In this document: piece after piece, positions 56,438-64,000 of the stretch | Position numbering within the stretch: position 1 is the stretch's first letter | Layout of the letters: each line of letters opens with the position of its first letter | Assembly (NCBI GenBank): GCA_946965045.2 | Contig: OX337232.1 | Coordinates: forward strand, 1,922,001-1,986,000 | Direction of reading: 5' to 3' | Length of the DNA stretch: 64,000 nt | DNA from: Epithemia pelagica | Taxonomy: Eukaryota > Protista > Bacillariophyta | Notes under the pieces: generated by a model | Database searches by the model: none | Seen by the model: the letters and a program-made list of their open reading frames with translations, nothing else | What the model was told of the DNA's origin: nothing | Made by a program: the position numbers and the translations under genes

Positions 56438-57703
56438 ATGAATAACAATGATGAGTTGCAAGTGAACTTATTTGAAGTGGAAGAGCGTGAAGTAGTGGAA
56501 ATTCCCCTTCCTTCTCGCTTTGTTGGTGCTCACAAGACAAATGATGTTCCAGTAGCACCACTCTCAGCAGCGTCAACGGTGACAGAGAGCCGTGGCATCG
56601 ACAAAGAGCACAAGAGGGACTGCAAAGGGCAGGGTCATCCACCATATTCTCTTTCTCTTGGACAATATAACAGTTATCACAAAGACTGGGGGATTTATTC
56701 CACTATCTGGGATGGAGGATTGGCATTGATGTACTATTTGCTCGATCGCTGGTCGCCGTCCTCCGGACACTGCGACATTCTCTTGGATTTGGGATCTGGT
56801 ACAGGTTTGGTTGGATTGGGTGTAGCTTCTTCAGTATCTCTACGAGCGCAATCTTTCACAACCAACAATGCGCAATCATCAGCATGGTCCATAAACCGGG
56901 TCATTTTGACCGATCAGACAGTGGCCTTGCCACTTTTGAATGACAACATCACACGCAATGCCCATCTCATGGTCGACTCCACGTCGCGATCGTCTCTTCC
57001 AGTGGCTCGTATTCTTGATTGGTCAGATCCTCAAACGGCCATGAAGTCCTGGATGATCAATGAGGATATTATGGGTTTCTGCACCAACACGTTTCATCAA
57101 AGCTCCACCAATGGAAAGAATAATACTGAGACGACAGCCTCACCATCTATCCTTCTAGATCAAGTGTCTGGACAAAAACAGGCAAGAAGAATTCTTTTGA
57201 CGGGCGCTGATGTCGTCTACCGACCCTCTCTGTTTGAACCATTACTCTCAACCTTGGACGAATTATGGTCCTTTTTCATCCACCCCGATGAGGTTGCGAC
57301 AAAAGATGGCGCACAATGTGCAACGGACTCAAGGGATGGCGCCGATCATCACCACTTTGAATCTACAACACTGGAATGCATATTGGCTTGTCAATCAATT
57401 CGCACTCACTTGCAATCATTTTGGGACGCAGCGGAACAACATGGATTTGCAGTGCAGTATATGGCGGTTGTCGATTTGAATGACTCGGACAAACTGAACT
57501 TGGATCAGGCGGTGATTCATCCTTGTCATCCACAAATGGTCGCTCGAAAGAGCAATCTTGTTGCAATGCCACCTCGTCAATCAACTTTGGCAGAACTGTC
57601 CTCCTCGTCTTTCCTGGAAACTCCTCATCCCCATGACCTTGATTCAAATAGTTTCACACCGCGAGAAGGCCGCATATGGATCGTTCGGCTTTGGAAACCG
57701 TGA
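56438..57703 (+). CDS. Class I SAM-dependent protein-lysine methyltransferase, METTL21/family-16-like, about 421 aa
   Basis: Motifs IWDGGLAL, LDLGSGTGLVG, ILTD, ILDW, GADVVY..LL.TL. Confidence 0.85.
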   Translation: MNNNDELQVNLFEVEEREVVEIPLPSRFVGAHKTNDVPVAPLSAASTVTESRGIDKEHKRDCKGQGHPPYSLSLGQYNSYHKDWGIYSTIWDGGLALMYYLLDRWSPSSGHCDILLDLGSGTGLVGLGVASSVSLRAQSFTTNNAQSSAWSINRVILTDQTVALPLLNDNITRNAHLMVDSTSRSSLPVARILDWSDPQTAMKSWMINEDIMGFCTNTFHQSSTNGKNNTETTASPSILLDQVSGQKQARRILLTGADVVYRPSLFEPLLSTLDELWSFFIHPDEVATKDGAQCATDSRDGADHHHFESTTLECILACQSIRTHLQSFWDAAEQHGFAVQYMAVVDLNDSDKLNLDQAVIHPCHPQMVARKSNLVAMPPRQSTLAELSSSSFLETPHPHDLDSNSFTPREGRIWIVRLWKP

Positions 57704-57825
57704 GTGTCACGACATCCAGAATGCACAAGGAGAAAGTGGATCAGAAGCTCTGTACCTGACCTCGTTGAATTTCGTGAATGATTTCTTCAAAGATGAATCA
57801 AAAGCAAACTACGATGGATACCGCG

Positions 57826-57946
57826 ATGAGTCTGCTGCGATGCTGCCCATTCAGTTGCATATTTGCTGTTCCTGTATGTTCAATACAATGAGTCTGCTGC
57901 GATGCTGCCCATTCATTTGCATATTTGCTGTTCCTGTATATTCAAT
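57826..57946. repeat. 59-bp direct repeat (period 62) between convergent genes
   Basis: ATGAGTCTGCTGCGATGCTGCCCATTCA..TTCAAT at 57826 and 57888, 2 mismatches. Confidence 0.85.
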
Positions 57947-58200
57947 GACGGCGATCTTGAACAACAGCAACAAGACGGGGTACGTTGCTGCAGATCAACA
58001 CGAGGATAGGAAACCCCACAGCGTTGATTGTTCAGTCTAATGAGCCAACGGAACATGGTACGGCAAGAAATACACAAAAATGGTTTGTAAAGATCTGGTC
58101 CAATTATGTCTGACTTGTTGCAGTCCGCTCTTTGATGACAAATCTCAATCTTGCAATGCTGTGGAAATCAGATACTGTTCATATGGCCTCTCACAAAAAT

Positions 58201-61200
58201 TCATCCAACAAAACCAAGACCCTTCTTCAATTGAGCAGTGGATTGCCGCACGTCCTCGTATGACATATCGGATCCCCAAGGAGTTTCAAGCACCATGGCT
58301 ATCGTATTTTCCTTTGATGATATGTCCGCCTCTGCCTTCTCGTCTTCGATAATGATCATATAGACAATCTCGGCAACACGTGAACGGAACCGCGGATAAC
58401 GGTGTTCAAGCATCTTGCATAAGAAACCAAGTGATTGGTGTCGATACGGAGCTGATACCGGTGAGGCATTGATCAATGCCGCTGTGACTTCCGCCAATGC
58501 CACTAGTCGATCCATATCACGACACCCCTCAAATTCATGCTCAAGATGTTTCAGCAATGAGGCACCAAAGTCTATCTCTTCACCCTGCAAGGGTCCATCA
58601 AAGCATTTCCGTGCAAAAAGTTTCACCAGCGTCCGTAGAAGCGGCAGTGTGACTCGACCAACTCCTGAATATTGCTCAAACAAGGTCAAAAGACTGTTAC
58701 AAAGTCGGGCTTGAGCTTCTGTGCCATTCACGTGTCTCGCGTGGTCAAGGAGCGCGGTTGTAGCATGCGGTGATTCCGCTTTCCCCCCAACACTTGCAAC
58801 AATACCAGCAATGGCGGAGTCGTAGTAAGGATAGTGGGATTCGTCTCTATGCATGGTATCTTGAACCACCGCAGCCGCCATTGCTTGACGAAAGACCGAT
58901 TCGAGGTCTGCCCAGTTGCTATCCATGATGCGTTCTCTTAGTTGAAATACGGAAATCAGTTCATTCTTCCCCTCAATCTCGGGAAATGAAGCATTATCTC
59001 GTGATAAAACTTTTTGGAGACAACATCCAGCACATGATCTCACCGCATCTAGTCGTTCAGAAAGTTGTTTTATCAGCAAACCCACAAATTTGGTTCCGTC
59101 GAGAGTCGTAAAATCAAGTTTCATTTCCTCTGATACCTCACTGCAGAGTAAAATCAATGATGATAAACCCTCCATAGCGGCTACACGACACCAAGAACCC
59201 ACATCTCCTCGCCTGTCAACATTGTAATCATCAAGCGACAAAAAGAGAGCATCTACTGCAGCTGACAGCTGATCTCCGGTGATAGACGCAACAGGATATA
59301 CTCTTGTTTGGATGGGAGCCATGGTTGAGTAGACAACAGTTGTGACAACGCGAGCAATTGACCTGATGGCGTTCCGCCGTGTCTCTGCATCCGCCTCACC
59401 ATCCACTTTCGCTCGGGGGCTCGAAGCACCACAGAGAGCTTTGAGAGTGGAACTGAGCGACGCGCTTGTCGGAGCCAGAAGTCGATCGGGTAAGTGACCC
59501 AGGGCCAGTGCATAACCCCGCGTGGCAGCTGGATTCTTGCTTGTGTTTAGCGTTCGAATAAACTTCTCAAGAACTCTAGTTCGTAACCTCTCCGTTGGCC
59601 CCTTTTCGCTCACGGGAAAGTAGGCCTGAAAAAGTTGCTCGAGCGCTGCACAGGCACAAAGCTGAATCTCTTCGTTAGGATGAGGTATGCTTGCGTCTAC
59701 AGAGTCCAGCATTTGGACTTGAGTCTTCACATCCAGTGGAATAAGAGCGAGTGAGATACACTCAACAAGTCGACATACAGCCACTCGCATGATCTCGCCT
59801 CCTCGTCCTCTGTATAGTCTGCGTTTTTCAATTTGATTCACTAGATCCAACATTTTTGTTCGTGTTTCCTGCGAAACATGGGTTTCTAAAACGCTATTCT
59901 GAGCACCGAGGACGCGTATCAACTCTGCTACGCCCAAGACAGCTCCATGTCGAACATTTAGATTTTTCGCATCCAAACTTTTCTCCAATAGGAATGGTAT
60001 AGCAACTTGTCCCATTCGTTCGAGGTGAAGAGGGGCGACAAAAGCCAATCCTCTTGCAGCCAGCTGCCGGATGGAAGGATCCCAATGAAAAAGCTTCTTT
60101 CGGTAAAGGTGCTCAATGATGGGAAGTCTATACTCATCCAAGTGTGCAAGCTTGGCAGCAACGGTCGTATACGCCTCGTTGCGATTGCCCAAAGAATGAA
60201 AGTCAGCCGTTGTGACAACGAAGATGCCGTGCGGAAACGACGCCATGCCCTGGCGGCCAACGGCCTCCTGAAACGCAGCACTGGCGGCCCTTCGACAATT
60301 TACCTCCCGATCAAACAAACTTGTCAGAATGACGGCTTCAGCAAGCTCGTCCAAATGATTTCTCAGTACCTTCGGACTGTACGATCTAGCAAAGGCCCAA
60401 AAGGTATAACAAGCAGCATCTCGAACATTGCTTCCCACGCTAGAATGACCCCGTCGGACGTCGTAGTGAATGGCTTTGACAATCTCCCGCGCAACATCAG
60501 GCAAGGAGGCTGGTAGTAAAAGGCCTTTTCTGGCCAACTCGGCCAACGCTAGGCACGCACCATGCCAACAATTGTCTTTCTCAGGAAACTCGAAATACTC
60601 CAGCACTGCGTCCAAAACATCTAACGCACAAGGTGCCGGTAAACGCTCGGTAAGTCTGCCGACACCCTTAGCGGCCGACCAACGAACAAAAGTGGACGAA
60701 TGTCCAAGGGATTCCAAGATTCGGCCCATAGCATCTTCAACTTGATCAGGTACAAAGAAAAGATCTTCATCCCTGGTCTTGGATCCATTATTCCTGTCAT
60801 TTGGTGTTTGTCCAATGTTTCCCTCTGTTACTATCTCTGTTGTCTGTCTTGCTGACTGTGTCTGCAGTTGATCCATCAAGAGCATCCTTTTCCCTCGCTG
60901 ATAACGCCACGGAGCAAAGGCGCGAGTGGGTGGAAAGTAGGCACAACTGGTTCTCGTCCACCATTTCACAAGGTATCGGTGCAGGAGCAAGTTACCACTG
61001 GTGCTGGGGTCATCGGCAAGCTTCAACAGGGGATCCCACAATGGTTCGACAAGCTGTTCAATGACCGTTTGACGAGAGGCACTGGTATGCTTAACTAGTT
61101 TCGTGAGACACTGGAGAACGCCCAGTATTCGATTCAATATGTTCATCTTTGAAGATGTCCTGGTACTGGAACCTTCTTTTTGTCCAACGTAGTCCTGGAT

Positions 61201-61956
61201 AATGCCATGCGACCAAGAAACGAAGCCTGTCAGGTCTCCGTCTGGTCGACAGAGCCACAACGACACACATGTCGCAGCAGCTTCCTGGACCGGTCCAGTT
61301 TGATTTTCAACCTCATTCTTGGCTGCTGAAAAAATTTGATCAGCAAAGCCTTGTTCTCCTGACATTACTTGAGAATGAAAGGGAACGAGGCTCAACACTC
61401 CCATCCAATGCCACAAAATGTAGAGTGCTTCCCAGTGTTTGTTGTTCTCGTTGTTCGTTTTCCAAGACAACAGTGCCTTCCATATTAAGTCAACATCTTC
61501 GACTTGATGAGATAAGAAAGACACAACATGCTTGTAACCTCGAACCTTTGCTAGTGCATACAGTGCAGTCAGTGGATATCGAATTGATCGAATCTGGTAG
61601 TCATAATCAATCGTTTCGGTTTGCTTCAGAATTGCCTTGACCTGAACGACAAGCTTTTGAACCATTGATTCAAGAGATGGGTCCAACAATGTCGGGCACT
61701 CCAAATACTTATCCACAATGGAACGTATGGTTCCGAGAGCCGTTTCCGCGTCATTGTTGTCATCGTCATCAGAGGCCAGAGCACTGTGTGTGGATGTGGG
61801 CTTTGGCATCATTTGATCAATGCATGCAAAGAACTCATCCTTTTCTCGAAAGAGATGCGAATCTGGGAACTCAAGGTTGTTTTTGGTAGCTTCATTTTCG
61901 GTCGAGTCTCTTTCTTCAGAAGAAGGTAGCGGGTTGCTGACTTTTTCTTCCAACAT
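58201..61956 (-). CDS. TBCD: Tubulin-specific chaperone (cofactor) D, about 1251 aa
   Basis: Motifs YLECPTLLDPSL, KVRGYK, WRYQRG, VRWSAAKGVGR, WHGACLALAELA, NVRDAACY, DREVNCRRAASAAFQEAVGRQG, RGDVGSW. Confidence 0.95.
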   Translation of the reverse strand: MLEEKVSNPLPSSEERDSTENEATKNNLEFPDSHLFREKDEFFACIDQMMPKPTSTHSALASDDDDNNDAETALGTIRSIVDKYLECPTLLDPSLESMVQKLVVQVKAILKQTETIDYDYQIRSIRYPLTALYALAKVRGYKHVVSFLSHQVEDVDLIWKALLSWKTNNENNKHWEALYILWHWMGVLSLVPFHSQVMSGEQGFADQIFSAAKNEVENQTGPVQEAAATCVSLWLCRPDGDLTGFVSWSHGIIQDYVGQKEGSSTRTSSKMNILNRILGVLQCLTKLVKHTSASRQTVIEQLVEPLWDPLLKLADDPSTSGNLLLHRYLVKWWTRTSCAYFPPTRAFAPWRYQRGKRMLLMDQLQTQSARQTTEIVTEGNIGQTPNDRNNGSKTRDEDLFFVPDQVEDAMGRILESLGHSSTFVRWSAAKGVGRLTERLPAPCALDVLDAVLEYFEFPEKDNCWHGACLALAELARKGLLLPASLPDVAREIVKAIHYDVRRGHSSVGSNVRDAACYTFWAFARSYSPKVLRNHLDELAEAVILTSLFDREVNCRRAASAAFQEAVGRQGMASFPHGIFVVTTADFHSLGNRNEAYTTVAAKLAHLDEYRLPIIEHLYRKKLFHWDPSIRQLAARGLAFVAPLHLERMGQVAIPFLLEKSLDAKNLNVRHGAVLGVAELIRVLGAQNSVLETHVSQETRTKMLDLVNQIEKRRLYRGRGGEIMRVAVCRLVECISLALIPLDVKTQVQMLDSVDASIPHPNEEIQLCACAALEQLFQAYFPVSEKGPTERLRTRVLEKFIRTLNTSKNPAATRGYALALGHLPDRLLAPTSASLSSTLKALCGASSPRAKVDGEADAETRRNAIRSIARVVTTVVYSTMAPIQTRVYPVASITGDQLSAAVDALFLSLDDYNVDRRGDVGSWCRVAAMEGLSSLILLCSEVSEEMKLDFTTLDGTKFVGLLIKQLSERLDAVRSCAGCCLQKVLSRDNASFPEIEGKNELISVFQLRERIMDSNWADLESVFRQAMAAAVVQDTMHRDESHYPYYDSAIAGIVASVGGKAESPHATTALLDHARHVNGTEAQARLCNSLLTLFEQYSGVGRVTLPLLRTLVKLFARKCFDGPLQGEEIDFGASLLKHLEHEFEGCRDMDRLVALAEVTAALINASPVSAPYRHQSLGFLCKMLEHRYPRFRSRVAEIVYMIIIEDEKAEADISSKENTIAMVLETPWGSDMSYEDVRQSTAQLKKGLGFVG

Positions 61957-62449
61957 TGTCCCTCGTCGATGCGATATGCGATTGGCACGCAAAGTTAGTT
62001 ACGAGAAAGAAGAATCTTTTCCTGAATAAGGATAAGGATTTTTCCGCACTGACCAAAGCGGAAAGGTAGGCGAGCCTGGCTCGTAAGTCGTAAGTCGTAA
62101 GACGTAAGACTCTTGAGCAGTACACTAGTAGCTACAATAGTATTGCTATATGCCAAAAAAAGCGCAGGGCGACCCACATAGCCGCCCCAAGCCCCATCCC
62201 GATGACGACGGGATTACTGTTTACTGTCGAGGTGGTGGTTGGTGGTGGTGGGCACTGGGGCTGGGACTCCCCCCCCCATGTACACAGGGCACACGGCGCA
62301 CGACTGCAACGAGAAGCAAGCGCAGAGTATCCACCATCAATCACAAGTTTTGGTGTAATCTGCCAGGGGGTTCACTTTAGCGGTGCCATAGAGGCAACCT
62401 CCTGCGAACAACACCATCGATCACAACACAAGTTTTGGTGTAATCTATC

Positions 62450-63130
62450 ATGACCTCTGCTTTACACAGCATCAGCAACGACAAGAAGAGGGTTCACTTT
62501 GGCGGTGCTTTAGATTGGGAGGAAGAACGTCGTCGTTCTTGTCGAGGAGTGGAGGCAAGACAGCGAAGAAAGGAACAAAAGATGTCACTACAGAGACAAC
62601 AACAAGCGCTACGGAAGGCTGTGCTCCAGATCCTTCGAGACAGCAAGTACGAAAATGGCATTGTAAAGATTTGTAGCACAGGAACACTTGGTTTCGATAT
62701 CGCTACACGGGCTATCATGCTGGAAATCATCGGGGATGGAGGGAATGGTGACCAAGAGGGTGCGTGTGATGACAACCGACTGCGACTACTGCTACAACAG
62801 TTTCGGTCCTCGGAAAAGAAAACGATTGAGCAGCTGAGTGATTCGGAATTATTTGGCATCGATTATTTGAAAGGTTACCCTCCCTTGAACGAAGAATTCC
62901 ATGCAAGTCTTCCTGTGACGGTTGTTACCTCCTCTTCGGAGTCTTCCTCGACGGAAACTACACCTACCGGCACAGAGTTCGCAGCGAAGCGAAAGCGACG
63001 GAATGAAAAGCAGGGCAAAGAAAATGCTACGAAACGGTTCCCGCGAGGGATGGGCGGCCCCATTGTCTTCCAATCGGCGCGTGCGCATGTTCCACCCGAG
63101 GAAGACGAACAAGTTGATGAACCGAATTGA
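62450..63130 (+). CDS. Hypothetical protein, 226 aa
   Basis: ATG ORF divergent from TBCD with protein-like charged composition and basic clusters; no motif recognised. Confidence 0.55.
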   Translation: MTSALHSISNDKKRVHFGGALDWEEERRRSCRGVEARQRRKEQKMSLQRQQQALRKAVLQILRDSKYENGIVKICSTGTLGFDIATRAIMLEIIGDGGNGDQEGACDDNRLRLLLQQFRSSEKKTIEQLSDSELFGIDYLKGYPPLNEEFHASLPVTVVTSSSESSSTETTPTGTEFAAKRKRRNEKQGKENATKRFPRGMGGPIVFQSARAHVPPEEDEQVDEPN

Positions 63131-63703
63131 ACAGAAGAATTTAATGACAGAACTCAATGTTTCTGTGATGGATATATATGAGGCCAGTTATTTGTCTGCA
63201 GATTGGTTATTTCCCGGAGACGGTCGGCATTACCAGTCAGAATTCAATGGCCTCATGTTGAGCTGGTTCTACAAGTAGTAACCATGGATCCGTTGCTTAG
63301 AATCTTCGAGCTATGGTTTGCTCGAATCAACGGTTAATTCCTCCGTTTGCTTTTTCTCTCGGCGTCCTTAACGTCATGGAGAAAGGATAAAATGGTCTCG
63401 AGATGCGACCGTCTTTTGTCTTCGAGAGGCCTTCAAGCAGAGCTAGAGTGCGGAATACAAAAGTAGGCGTAGCTAGCAAGAGCTTACTCTCTGCTCTCTC
63501 TAGTAGCTACTCTAGAACTCTAGCTAGAGAGAGCTATTAGAGTAAAGGAAGAGCTTAGTAGAGAGATGAATAAAGAATCTATAGCTGTATTCTAAAGTCT
63601 AATTCTGAAAGTCTAAGAGCTCTAAGTCTAAGAGTAATATCCGTTCGTGTTCGTTTTCCTCTCCTTGCCTCACTCATGACTGCTCGCAAATACTCGTAGA
63701 ACA

Positions 63704-64000
63704 ATGGTAGTGGTAGAGCCATTGGTGTTAGAGGCAAGGGCGGAGTCGGTTGCATCATTATCCATTGCAGGCGTTGATAGTCGATACTATGTTCAAAGGC
63801 TGGAGGCGATAGCACAATCCGTCGAAGAAGGGGATGAAAGGTCGCCACGGGGGAAAGAACAATGTGACAACTCCACCTGTCTGTTTGAATCAGCGTTGGA
63901 CACCTCCGAGAAAAACTGCGCGGGTGGCGTCGTTGCCGATGAAGGTGAAGTGGAAACAAATGTAGACGAAGAGGAACGCGATAAAGAGGAAGAATTGATA
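63704..64000 (+). CDS. N-terminal 99 codons of a hypothetical acidic protein, 3'-partial
   Basis: Hand-translated frame MVVVEPLVLEARAES..DEGEVETNVDEEERDKEEELI is open to the window edge, so it is absent from the track. Confidence 0.5.
   Translation, partial: MVVVEPLVLEARAESVASLSIAGVDSRYYVQRLEAIAQSVEEGDERSPRGKEQCDNSTCLFESALDTSEKNCAGGVVADEGEVETNVDEEERDKEEELI

Noticed and set aside
62165-62174. CAGGGCGACC resembling the element E TIR
   Set aside because: No inverted partner, TSD or subterminal TTTTAGAC motifs were found nearby.
63579-63959. 126-aa minus-strand ORF
   Set aside because: Non-ATG start, and it runs into low-complexity DNA; the plus-strand frame from 63704 is more protein-like.

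Overview
Eukaryotic nuclear DNA. Short GT-AG introns, bipartite plastid presequences, CoDi-like copia elements and diatom-type gene families point to a diatom, probably pennate (inference). About 31 kb holds ordinary, mostly head-to-head genes: SDR, spermidine synthase, two EEP-fold hydrolases, HMG-box protein, LETM1-like protein, MYST acetyltransferase, a plastid protein, a divergent beta-tubulin, a GQVGIRC-domain protein, a SET-MYND/JmjC fusion, a METTL21-like methyltransferase, tubulin cofactor D and two hypotheticals. About 33 kb is two nested transposon islands whose ends and target-site duplications (TSDs) resolve to the base. Island 1 (14577-34231) lies between the divergent MYST and plastid-protein genes. 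It contains a 943-bp hAT deletion derivative, a non-autonomous Harbinger-like element A carrying a full-length copia and a four-ORF Harbinger-like element B, and a two-ORF Harbinger C. Island 2 (38930-52451) is a hAT element with an 86-bp satellite, whose transposase is split by a second, related copia. The strongest novelty candidates are: the four-gene Harbinger-like element with helically phased 10-11 bp arrays; copia elements with an extra upstream ORF, a 270-bp leader 99% identical between otherwise diverged copies, and a primer-binding site (PBS) matching a tRNA-Asn anticodon arm; hAT elements with 7-bp TSDs; a SET/JMJD5-type fusion; and a beta-tubulin starting MGREI. All alignments, counts and family assignments were made by eye; no database search was run.
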